From the human T2T-CHM13v2.0 reference genome, Homo sapiens: a stretch of 64,000 nucleotides of DNA. A model generated the notes under the pieces. The model worked only from the letters and a program-made list of their open reading frames with translations, made no database searches and was not told the DNA's origin. The stretch lies in the NCBI RefSeq assembly GCF_009914755.1, contig NC_060929.1, one strand, 5' to 3'. Made by a program: the position numbers and the translations under genes. Positions 1-11,883 of this stretch are shown here, in pieces (the stretch's first letter is position 1; each line of letters opens with the position of its first letter).

Positions 1-1293
1 AAATGTAACTCTGAGTTTTGGAGAAAAAAGATAATTAGCAAGAAAAAACAATAAGCATGTATTTACTCCTTATTATCATATTATCCTGACTTGTTTTCTG
101 CTTTCTCCATAAATTTATTGAGAACGATGTTTCATAGCATCTGTACTAGGTGGTTATCTGTCATTAAATAACAGTCACACCAGTAGGGACATTCTTCCTG
201 CTCCTTGCCCCCAACCCACCCTAATATTGGTGAATTTTATGAATTTTCTGCCTGATGTATATTTGTTTCTACCACCTAATTGTTGTTAGACAGCATTCTG
301 CTTTTGCTCTTTTGTCTTTTAACGATGAAGGTTAAAACATCCAAATGCCAACAAGAAAAGTAAATGATTCATTGTCCAAAATTAACTGCATATTTCACAT
401 TGACAGTGTTTAATATTAGAAAATGTGAACTAATATACAAAGGATTTTCTTAGAAACCTCAAAATTAATCCTTAAAGAAGGACAACTGGCTTTCAATTGA
501 TGTTTCCAAATAAACTGAATGACTTCTTAAAAAATCACTGAGCTCCTTCAGACAGAATGGCTTCTGGTTGTTCCTGTGGCTAATGAGTCACTCTGGTTTG
601 TCTTTCATTTCCAGCATGTAGCTAGTTGTTCCATTCTACAGTTGCACTTACATTGGGCACTAGCCCTCTCTCTGCTCATCTCTATCCCATAAGCCGCACC
701 TCCTGTTGTCCCCTTCCTTTCCTGCTCTTAAACCCTTCTTTACCCTGCATCCAAGAACAAACATCTTAGTTGTTCTTGGATCTAGGTAGGACACTTGCAG
801 CTTATGTTAAACATGGAAATGGAAGCATAATACTTTTTTAGGAGACCCAGGGCTATTTGCTTGTGGACTTGCATCCATTTTTTTCTGTCTTGTTTTTGAC
901 CCCAGGCCTCCACTTCACAACTGATTCTGATAAGTGGGTCCCTATTATGTTCTCTGTGTACCTTAACAACTGCTATCACACTACTCATTGATGACAATAT
1001 GCTGCTTTCTGAATTCAGTTTATTTAACTAGATTGTCCTTTCCCAACTCAGCAGGCAGATCTAGGCCTGCAAACCACTTTCACTTTGCTAAGTCAATTAT
1101 TCTGTACTTAGATATTTCCTGATACATTTCATTCTTGGTCAGAGGCCTTAGCAAAATTTACAAGCATCCCATTCTATTTTGGGCATACCAGCACATATCC
1201 TAGTCAGGTCTCATAATATTAAATTACAAGTAGAAAAGCAGAGAAACTTCTGAATAACAGTTGATACCAAATGGTATTTATTTAAATAACAAT

Positions 1294-1414
1294 ATCCATG
1301 ATGTGCTTATTACACATTGCATGCCTGTATTAAAACATCTCATGTACCCCATAAATATACATACCTGTCTATGTACACACACAAGTTAAAAATATGCAAA
1401 TTAAAATAAATAAA
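1294..1414 (+). mobile_element. Very short 5'-truncated L1 (L1MA-type) 3' end with TSD
   Basis: Resembles the L1MA 3' terminus (cattgcatgcctgtattaaaacatctcatgtaccccataaatatac) with an A-rich tail. Flanked by taaataacaat at 1283-1293 and 1415-1425. Confidence 0.75.
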
Positions 1415-2769
1415 TAAATAACAATGTTCTTATTTTTAGACGATTTGAAATAATATAATGGTCTTCTTAACTTTAGTTTCAATTAAGTCACTCAGCCACT
1501 GAATAAGTAAAATAAAGTGACTACATGAATTTCTATCATGTAGGGGCACACTTCACTTGCTATTACTGAATCCTAGTGTTTTGTATAAAGTCATGTATTT
1601 TTTGGAAATTGCTTTTTGGAAAGCAGCCTCCGTTCCTTCCTTCTCTGCCTTATTTGAAAAGAGTAACAGGACTCTGAATGGATGAAACTAATGGTCTCCA
1701 TGCAATATGGAGTGAAACCGTCCTTGATCCTGCTGCTCAGAAACATGCAGCTGCTCCCTCTTGAAAGACAATTCACTCCCTTTGCTTTTCCCCCTGCTAT
1801 CATCTTCCTCTGTGATTGCCACTGACAATTCCATTTTATTTACTCCCTAAGGGATTCTTCAGGTTCTAAGTTTCTCACCCAGATCAAATTTCAAAAGAAC
1901 AGCATGAGTATTATTGACTACTCATCTGACCTCTGCCTTACCCATGAGTTGGACTTTCAAGGTATTAAACATTCAAATTTAATTTCAGCTCTCCAAAACT
2001 ACTCACTTCAGCAGAAATGACAGGATGCTCTGTGACATCTGTAATTACTGTTGAATTTGAATATATCCTTCAATGCAGACCATGGCTGGCAGCTTTATTA
2101 ATGGGGACTGATGATATTGCTGCTTCTATTTTTCACACCCATGTTGAGAAAGGGAAGGAGGTTGAAAAGGACCAGGGACTCTTTTCTTCTATTGGAGAGT
2201 GATGGACTTTTATGAAACTGACATAATCTATGTGCTACTTCTTCCCTAGAGTTGTTTTATCAAATAATATACCTAGTAGGTTATATTTTGACTTTCCCAA
2301 ATAAACGGATTAAATCAAAATTTTTCCACCTTTACTGAGCTTCTCATTAGACTGGGAGACTGTGTCATATTCAGATTTTTTTCTCACATGGAATCTGCCA
2401 ACTGAATACACAGTTGGATGAATATAAATTTCACCTCCTTCTAGATGATCCCCCCATCTAATCTGCATCCTAAGCTACTTAAATATATTATTTCAATTTA
2501 AAATTTGTTTAAAGCTAGTGTTTACTTTGTGATTTTCATAAGGGAATTGGCAAACTTATTAAAATTTAATCTTATTTTTAGAAACATTGATTCATATTGA
2601 CTTCCTCTGACCAATTAGAGGCCAAAGTCCTAAAGAATAATAATAAATTCCATTCTCACTAGAAAAACAGAAAACTACACTTAGTTTCAAAAATTTAATT
2701 TTGTTTTTGGCATCAATTAGCCATTTTTCACACACTTGCTTATTATTAGCTGGGGCCTCTGTAAACATT

Positions 2770-2885
2770 TAGATTTCCAGCTCATCTCCAGAGAGTCTGA
2801 AGCAGGGCCCAGAAATATGTATTTTTAAACAAGCTCTCCTCATGAGTGCCATAATCAGACAATTATGGTAACTACTGAATTAGAG
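2770..2885. mobile_element. MER5-like hAT DNA transposon fragment
   Basis: gggcccagaaatatgtatttttaaacaagctctcc...actactg resembles the MER5A/B core; degenerate. Confidence 0.5.
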
Positions 2886-3649
2886 AGTTCACCAAGATAT
2901 TGCAGTTTATTTCTTGATGAATATACGTGTGATTCCTCTTTAAGGACCAAGAAAGTATTATTGGAAACAGGGGATTTTGTTTTCTGTTTTGGAAAATCCA
3001 GGTAAAGTTTCAACTTTTCAACTTATGCTTTTACAAAACCCTGGATAATTTTAGGGAGGGAGATGAAATAGAGTATTACCAGCTTCTTTATTCCTGAAAA
3101 AAGAAAGCTCCTATGCTGTGAATTCAGACTTATTTAAACACTACGATGTTATGACTAATATACTGGATGAGAAAACCCATTTTTATTTCTAATTTTTCCA
3201 TATAAGTACTCTTCCTGAAATTTATTATTGCTTTACTTTGGCTTATAACCTGAAAAATTAAATACTGAAAGTGTTTGTCAAGTTTTGCAGTTTTCCTGCT
3301 AAATGCAGTAAAAAACAGCTCCAAGTGTATAAAACAAATGTCACTTTCATAAGAGCAAAGGAACATTTGACTTTCAAATAAAAATGTACCTGAATTAATG
3401 CTGTAGAGAAATATAAAAGTTAGTTAAATGTTAGAAAATGCTGTAGACTAGTAAGGGGAAAATAAAAATGTATGGACTGTAATGAGAGTGTCATCACAGG
3501 CTCAATTACAAGAGATTTAATGTGGAAATTAGCTAAAAAACAATACTAAAGTAAACTGCAATTCTTGTGAATGCTATAGGAGGGTATTCAAAAACTGACA
3601 TCTCAATAAGGAGAACAGAGTATTATTTTTCTTCAGTTGACTTTTGGCA

Positions 3650-3765
3650 TGTGTGTGTACACATGTATATTTATTACATATATTTAAATACTCCTGTGTG
3701 TGTGTGGGTGTGTATATATATATATACATTATATACATATAATATATATACGTATATATATATAC
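3650..3765. repeat. (TG)n/(TA)n low-complexity tract
   Basis: Alternating purine-pyrimidine runs visible directly. Confidence 0.85.
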
Positions 3766-4927
3766 GGCATTGCTTTTCTGAGGCTTAGTCACTCTGATTA
3801 ATAAAAAACAAAAAGGCCATTGATACATTTTTCGAGTTTTATACCACTTACTGTAAACCTAGAAAACTGCATTTATTTTCAGATTACTTTTCTGAAGTAA
3901 TCTTGTGTCTGGATCTACATTAGACTTCCACACCCACCCTCCAAAAATCTATTAAAGCAAGCAGTCAATAAAAACAAACAGCACAAAAGAAGACTTAGAA
4001 GCTTTTGTTTATACATATTTCTGTTTGAAAAGTGCATCTATAAAACATCTCACAGACACATGTTTTGCCCTGAAACATTCAATTCATCTATTATATTTGT
4101 CTGGATGAAAGCTTGTGGTTGAATTGGCACTTGTAAATATTGAAGACTTTTTTTTCCTCTTATGGAGAGTAATCATGGAAAACAAGACAAAAATAATGTT
4201 AAGAATCAATAGGAGATGGCTTACTCAATGTTAGAAAAAATTAATTGCTAAGTAGTATTGAGCCCTTTTAAACAGAAGAGGACATCTATAAAGGATGTAT
4301 GAAATGATACATAAAATATCTAGTAGAACTAGTAATAATAAAGCAAAAGAGTTATTTTGATACCTATCAAAAACATATTTCATTGATATATATGTATATT
4401 TACATATAAAATGACTACATTTTCAAGTGTTTAAATAACTTAGGCAATACATTTTCTCATTTGTTTTATAAAATTCTTTTCTATGTAAAAATGGAGAGAC
4501 CTAATGCTCTGTAATTCCTTCTTCCCCATAAAAGATTTCCTTATGATAATACTAATTACTGAATTTTTATCTACAGTTTATTGGTGTCAGTTGTCTTCTT
4601 CAATAGTAAATAATAAACTTAGGCTTTTATCTTAGGCTTTTCTTCATTATGCCTAATTAGTTACAATATTAAAAGCAAACTGGTTAGATTTCTTCTTAAA
4701 ACTACCAGTTAAATTGGCTAAGTTTAGCCAATTATCATACATTTATAACATAAAAATGGTTTCATTAAAAAATTTTACATTATACGAATAATAGTGTGCT
4801 TTATGGTCTCACAGGAGAATTCCAGCTCACATTATTTTTAGTAAATAGTATGCATCAATCTACTTTCACAATTTTCCAACTTGCCTAGTAGAGTCTATTT
4901 TTTCTTAACAATAATATTTATTTTGGT

Positions 4928-5052
4928 TCGATGTTTGAGGTGATGGATATCCCAATAACGCTGATGTGATCATTACACACTGTATGCATGTATTAAAATA
5001 TCATATGTAGCACCCCAAATATGCACAAGTATAATACATCAATTTAAAAAAG
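4928..5052 (+). mobile_element. Short 5'-truncated L1MA 3' end with TSD
   Basis: tgaggtgatggatatcccaataacgctgatgtgatcattacacactgtatgcatgt is L1MA 3' UTR end. Flanked by atttattttggt at 4916-4927 and 5053-5064. Confidence 0.75.
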
Positions 5053-5179
5053 ATTTATTTTGGTCATGTCCAAATTGTATGTTATAATAATTATAGTTCC
5101 TAAATATGTAGCTATAATCTATTTTGCTTGTGTTTATGGAGGTAAGTTTCTGGGCCTTAACATTCATTTGAAGGTGGAT

Positions 5180-5890
5180 TTCAAAAGTTTAAAATATGTA
5201 TCACAAATCCTGAAGCAATCACAAAAATAGCAAAACGTTATGGCTGATGATTCAATAAACACGATTAAAATGGAATCACTGAAAATTTGATTAATCTAAA
5301 AGAGTGCAAAAATAGGAATAACAAAAATAGATGTGACAAATAGGAACTAAATAGTAAGATGATAAATTTAAATCCAATTACATTAATACTCCCATCAAAT
5401 ATAAATTGTTTAAATGCTCCACTTGAAAAGCAGAGATAGACTGGACAAAAGAAGATCAAATTATATGCTGCATAGAAGGAATACTTTTCAAATATTGAGT
5501 ACAAATAGGTTAAAAGTAAAAGGATGAAAAAATACTAAAAAATCATATGCTAAGGTAGCATTCATAAAAAGAAAGCTGGAGTTAATCGATATCTATTAAT
5601 ATCACACAAAATAGATTTCAGAGCAAAAAATAGTACCAGGGGTACAGAAGTTCATTTTCTAATGAAAAAGGGTTGATTTGATCAAAAGGACATTAAAAAT
5701 CTGTTTATGTACATATCAACAGAGCTTCAAAATACATCAAGCAAACACTGATATAATGGCAAGAAGAGACAAATCCATAATGACAGTTGAAAATTTCCAC
5801 ATTCCTTTCTCAGTAACAGATAGTACAAGTAGACAGAAAATCAGCAAAGATATAGAAAACCTGAGTAACTCTATCAAACGACACAAAAAT
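5180..5890 (+). mobile_element. Old L1M fragment (inter-ORF/ORF2 endonuclease region)
   Basis: Degenerate ORF2 EN sequence (aagaaagctggagt..., aacagagcttcaaaatacat, cagaaaatcagcaaagatatagaa). Confidence 0.7.
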
Positions 5891-7713
5891 TTTATGTAAG
5901 TTTCAGATTGAGATAATGAAATAAAACACATTAACAAGAAAATGTCTAGTCTATAAGAAAAATTAAATTACTCACATATGAAATCACTTTTTTACATAAA
6001 TGGAGACAAAAAAGTATCTCAACAGTTTAACGGTTTAACCATAATTTTCTTTATGCTTCTTCCCTAAACTAATCTATATAAAGATTTCACTATAATAGAC
6101 GTGCTGTTTACTGAATCTTACACATGGATAAGTAAATACTCATCTGTCTTAAAATTAATTTCAAGCCTGTATAACTTATGAAGTTTAAAAAAATTCATCT
6201 TATGAAACATACACTGAATCAGAATGCTTACTGTAAAAGGTAAAAGACAGGAAGTGAAATAGTTATTTGCAATAAATCATGGCAAACACTTGTCTATAGC
6301 TCACAAAATAAGTTTGAAAATAATTTTACAAAATATCTAATATTTATTCAGTTTAAGACGTCATTGATTATAAATCATGCCATTATTTTATGTTCATCTA
6401 CGAAAGAATAAGTGCTCTCAATTAAATTGTGATGTAAGATACACCAATTTCTAAGATGTTAACATGTGAAATGTGCATGTGTCCTGAGATGTTACATGGG
6501 TGTGTTCTGAGATGTTAACATGTGACTAGATGTGGCTTTTCAAATCTAAAGCTAAAAACACATCTCTTCTAAAATAAATTTTGTGTGAACTAAATGTAGA
6601 CTGTTGAATCACTTAAACAGCCATTACAGCCCTAGTGTTTCTGGGGAAATTTATAAATTCTCTGCCTTGAATATTTGAAGAAAGAAAGATAGTTTCAACC
6701 CCTCTGTCAGTTAATAATGCAATAACCATAAGGAAGTAAAAGGATTACATAACATAAAAATAATTATTAACTCAAATATTTAACATGTATAAAGCAGTGT
6801 TATATTCTCCTCCAAATCCTTCATCTGAGAGTTTTTGTTGATGTCTTCAGAAAGCTAGCATTCCTTGCATAGTGACTCTAAGCAACGAATTAACTTGATT
6901 TCACTAATCCAACTGAGGCCATATTTAAACATCTGATCCCAATTAGTCATTGATAAGGCCTTGAGCACTTTCATTCTCCAGGGTCTCACAGATACTGAAA
7001 CCAATAGATACTATGAAAAGATGCTCAAAATGCTAAACATTAAAAAAGATAAAAATTGTATGGCATTGATTTGTACAGTGTGTGTGTATAGAGGTATGTA
7101 TATATAAAATTCAAAGTAGATCATAAATTTAAAAGAAAAATAAAACAAACCTATGAATTAAAATACAATGAAGGAAACAGAGCAGAAAAACATCTGAGTT
7201 TTTTGTTGTTGAGCTGTGTAATCAAAATTGTTCTATTTCTAAAATTCCTACTTGTTACAATAATTAAGAAAATATAAATGTTTAAAAATAATTTCATTAA
7301 TCTTTGAAATATTTTTCTCCAAAGAACATTTTATCTAACATCAGGAATTTATTTTAATAATGAAAATGACAGTGGCATATATTCTAGCAATAACTATTTA
7401 CATATGTATTATGAGAAACTATTCAAGATTCTATCACCTTTATAAACTATTAGGTGAATCTTAGATAGTCAGATCTTAGGCAATTAATAGTATGAAAAAT
7501 ATTATCAGTAAAGCAATTTTTTTCCTCTAGGTTGCACCATTGCATACCAGACTGCAACCCCTTTACAGTACTATTCTTTAAAGCTTTTTATTTAACATAT
7601 ATTTTCAGTATATATGGATACTATTTTCAGTACAGATGTATAAGCAGTTAATTCAATCAAACTTGGGTGTAATTTGATCCTCCACTTCTGAACTTTATAA
7701 ACCGATTTGGCTG

Positions 7714-7719
7714 ACTTAC
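7714..7719 (-). promoter_or_regulatory. EDIL3: 5' splice donor of the EDIL3 exon
   Basis: Minus strand AAG|GTAAGT, consensus U1 site. Confidence 0.92.
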
Positions 7720-7875
7720 CTTATCTTTTCTTTGCTTTTCATCCTGGTATACAGTCCAGTGTTCTCCATCATTGCTGTAAGCCAGTTTGTAGGAGCCAAC
7801 AAACTGTACATGACCAAAATCTTTAGCTCCTTGTGTAATGATGCCAGTCACTTTGGTTGGAACAAGAAGATCCAC
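7720..7875 (-). CDS. EDIL3: Internal coding exon of EDIL3 (Del-1), part of the C-terminal discoidin/F5-8 type C (C2) domain; 52 codons, phase 0/0
   Basis: Minus-strand translation [52 protein letters not shown] has the discoidin motifs (VTGIITQG, SYKLAYSxDGxxW) and matches EDIL3 as I recall it. Flanked by a polypyrimidine tract + AG (7876-7877) and AAG|GTAAGT (donor starts 7719). 156 bp = 52 codons. Confidence 0.96.
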
Positions 7876-7900
7876 CTTAAAAAAAAGAAAAATACAGGCT
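7876..7900 (-). promoter_or_regulatory. EDIL3: 3' splice acceptor of the EDIL3 exon (polypyrimidine tract + AAG)
   Basis: Minus strand reads AGCCTGTATTTTCTTTTTTTTTAAG|GTGGAT. Confidence 0.9.
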
Positions 7901-9429
7901 TTAAATGCGACAACCAAGTTGTAAACTTCCAAGTCTTTTGATGTCAAGAGAATAAAACTATATATATCCTAAAATCAAAAATCTGTCTAGTTATTTGTAT
8001 TTTGAAACCAATGACTGAGTCTATTATTGGCTTATAATTTTGATATTGCCACTGGGTTAATGTAGTGCAAGACTCCTTGAACAACCATTTTTACCATTTT
8101 GAAGTCAAATCATGGTGATTTCAGTCCACCAATTAATTTTATATTAGGTGGATTCATCTATTTGTGCAGGTTTTTTTTTTTTTTTTTGTAACTGAGATAG
8201 AACAGATGTGGTTGGGGTGACCTTCTTGAGATTGATCACTACCTGCCAGAACTTTACTTATAGTTCAATTTTCTGATTTTATTGGTCATTTCAATGAAAA
8301 TAAAAATAGCACTGTAGCTGTGTCCACATCAGGGACAAAAATAGTATTAGATTTTCACAATGGAACATTAGTCAATCCTGTTTCCATAAATTTTAATCAA
8401 TTCAATAATATATAATTGAGTAATAGTAATCATTGTCCAGTGAAAACCCCCTTTTAGAAAATTACAATTCTAAAATGGTTGAGGAGGAAGGCAAATATTC
8501 TTCAAAAATGAAGAAGGATTAAATATATGCATTCCTGACTTGTAGAGTCTATGCTCATAATGTGTTCTTTTCTGCAAAACACATACTTTAAAGAGCATGA
8601 GACCCATGAAAATTTAGTAAGATTTAAAATCATCAAAATGTAATTGACATGCAAAAGATAGGAAACATTTTCATCAAGAATACGTAATATAGAATAGTTC
8701 GGTATTTTCCCTTTTTTTCTTTAATTCATTCCTGCATTTTTTCACATCTTATATAATGTTAATTTTTTAAAAATCTAGAATACTTTGTTTTTTATGCAGA
8801 CAACTCTTGTAAGATCTTTGCCTTTTATGTTTATGTTCCTTGATCTACGGCTTCCTCTCTCTTCCTGCAATAGCCACTTACTTCCACCTATTTCCTATGA
8901 CTAAGTGCCTTGCTACATCCTTGATCTTATCATCTTTAACTGTCATGATCCCATGTGTGATCTTGGTGCTTTCAACCACTATGTCCTTTTGTTTCTATTT
9001 CAGGTCCTCTATCCTGTGAGATGTAAGGTAGCCACAAATAGATAGTCATGGGTCAGATACAGGCCATGAATGAGAAGAGAGAGCTAGAGAGAATGCATAG
9101 AATAAGGCCATATTTAGTGACACAGATGCCCATCAGCAAAGGTGTGAAACAGTTTCCAATGTGTCACAGCCTGTGAATATTCAATATTTTTGAATTCACA
9201 TGAGCTTTTTGTTAACTTTTTGGAGCATGTGTTAAAGCCTTTAGACTCAAGTTGCGTGATGGATTAGGACAAAAGACCACCTTTAATGCTCTATTTAAAC
9301 ATTTTCAAAAATCAAATTTTTTGGCTATTTTTCTAAACATGTATTATATTATCTAAAATGTCTTGTGTGTCCAGCAGTAATGCAGGATGGCAAAACTATG
9401 ATATCCTGGGAAGGAAATGGTTGCTGTCT

Positions 9430-9610
9430 CACATTGTGCAAATGTTTTCTTGTGGGTCCTCATTTAATCCTCCCAATAACCAACCAAGGTAGGATATTAA
9501 TTCCACTTTACAGATGAATAATTTAATATCAAGAGATGTAACATAATATGGTGTGTGATCCAAAAATAAACAGTGAATAGAGAAATATCACAGATTCAAA
9601 TCAAAGGTGC
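9430..9610 (-). mobile_element. MIR fragment
   Basis: tcctcatttaatcctcccaataac...ccactttacagatga is the reverse MIR core. Confidence 0.6.
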
Positions 9611-11109
9611 ACCATAGAGATTCTTAGCATAACAGATCAGTCATTGATTTTTGCAGTAAGTGATTACCATTGATCATTTATATTTTCTCTCAATGATTTC
9701 TTTCCACTCTCTGTGACTCCTTCAGAAATTTCTAAAGCATCACCACACTCGTCAAACTGACAGCAATTTAAGTCAAACAAAAACAATCCTGGATTCATAG
9801 TATTAGTAAAGCCCTGTGTTTTATCATGAATTTCTTCTCTGTTCTTCAGCTGTCTGGGCTTTAAAATATAGATTGCTTTTGTTGTCCTAAATCCAAACCT
9901 AACTGAGCAGAGACAGCAGGGCAAAGCTGCTCTTCTTCAAAGTGTTCTTAATGTTGCTGGCACTCAATACATGGAAAAAAAAGTCTTAAAGAACGGAGTT
10001 GGTGTTTTGCTATCACAGGCAGTCAACATACAGGAACTCAAACAGTGTCACCAAGAATATGAAAACCTCCAGGCTGAATTTCCTCAGGTCCTAAACTTCT
10101 ATAAGTCCTTAGCTAAGATGATGCATTGAGGAGTTTTCTAACATCCCCTTTTCTGCGGTACTTTTAAAAGTCAGCTGGGTTTCCTGCTGGGTGGAGATGT
10201 TTTCTCCCCAAGTTGTGTGTCTTGGCACTTTCCAACAGATACGTTTTTCTCCCACTCTAACGGCTCCCCTTCTGCAACATTTTTTTTTTCTATCTAGAAA
10301 TGTTTTTCTTTTTTGTTCCAGTTAAGCCACCTTCTCCACTTAAATAGTCAGCAATCTGTTTAAAGCTGGATTTTGTCCTAAAATTTGCGACATTAAACTT
10401 AGAGTACGAGGCCTAAGCAAACCTTCTTTCAGTACAAAAATAATCAGCAACTCACACTGAACATGAGGTTGCTGACAGAGGGCATGTATAGAACTCACCC
10501 TGAGAGGCACTCAGACCACATAACTCCAGAATTCGCCATGTAGAATGATTCTAGAAAAGCCCATTCCTTAGGACCTAATTCTTGACCCTGGTCTAGGACC
10601 GCTCTGCCCTCTTGAAGATCTTCAGGGTGAAAGTTGAGCTGCAAATATGCTGGACAAAATACCTTCTGGTCTTTCAGATCCTCACCTCCCCAAAGTTTGG
10701 CTAAAATAGGGCAGACTATTTAGGGCACTGAGCTGGCTCATGGGTAGACATTTGGCTTCATGCACTGCATGCACTTCATGTCTGGATCTGCCTTAAATGT
10801 GTCTTATATATAACAGGTGCTCAACAAACGTTTTGCTGAATTGAGTTGGGACTCCTTCTTAAGTATGTTCCATGGACAAGAACCAGTTCATGGCTATGAA
10901 TGTCACTATGTATCAGAGCAGAAAATTCTAGCTACCTTTCTCTAGTTTTTCTATGAGGATTTTTCCTTGACACAGTGTCAAGGAAACACAGTGTCAATGT
11001 GGTATCCATCAATTTATACTGAAGAAGGCAAGTAGCAAAAAATCCTCTCCAATCTTAAGGAATTTGATGCTAAGAGTCAGCCTACTCTAACGGAACTGGG
11101 TGGTTTGGG

Positions 11110-11290
11110 GTACCAAGTTGGTTCAAGGATCTTGGACATGCTACTTTACCTCTCTACCTCCCAACTTCCTGATCTGAGAAATGAGGATAACAATTCTCAT
11201 AGGACTTTATGAGAATAAGATGAGGTAATATTTATCGTGTGTACAGAAGTAGGTATAGCAATATATAAACACTATATAGTAAGTACTATG
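11110..11290 (+). mobile_element. MIR fragment
   Basis: acctctct...ttcctgatctgagaaatgaggataacaat...tcataggactttatgagaataagatgag resembles the MIR core. Confidence 0.6.
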
Positions 11291-11555
11291 GAAGACTTTG
11301 GTAACATCATGAAATTAAGAAATCTGAGGGAAAAATTTAATATATGTTTCAGAATATCTTGTTAGAAGGAAATGGATACAGAGAAATGGGTGACTAGCTT
11401 GTTCTAGCAACAAGTTCTGGATCATAAAATATTTCGCTCACCATCTCAGGATATATACAAAAATAGTTATTTTACCTTTACTTAAAGTAGACAAATTTTG
11501 AAAAACCTGAAATTCCCATTTATGAGTGAAATGGTTAACTAAAAACAATGTAACG

Positions 11556-11883
<328 letters not shown>

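Larger units (their letters stand above)
1..7719 (-). other. EDIL3: EDIL3 intron downstream of the exon (partial; terminal exon lies outside the window)
   Basis: Starts at the GT donor. I found no further discoidin-coding sequence before the window edge. Confidence 0.85.

Noticed and set aside
570-592. TGAGTCA (584-590) next to TTCCTGTGG
   Set aside because: A single 7-mer AP-1 site is expected several times in 64 kb, so this is insufficient without other data.
7657-7947. 96-aa ORF as a standalone CDS
   Set aside because: Only 7720-7875 is discoidin-like and bounded by splice sites; the flanks are translated intron.
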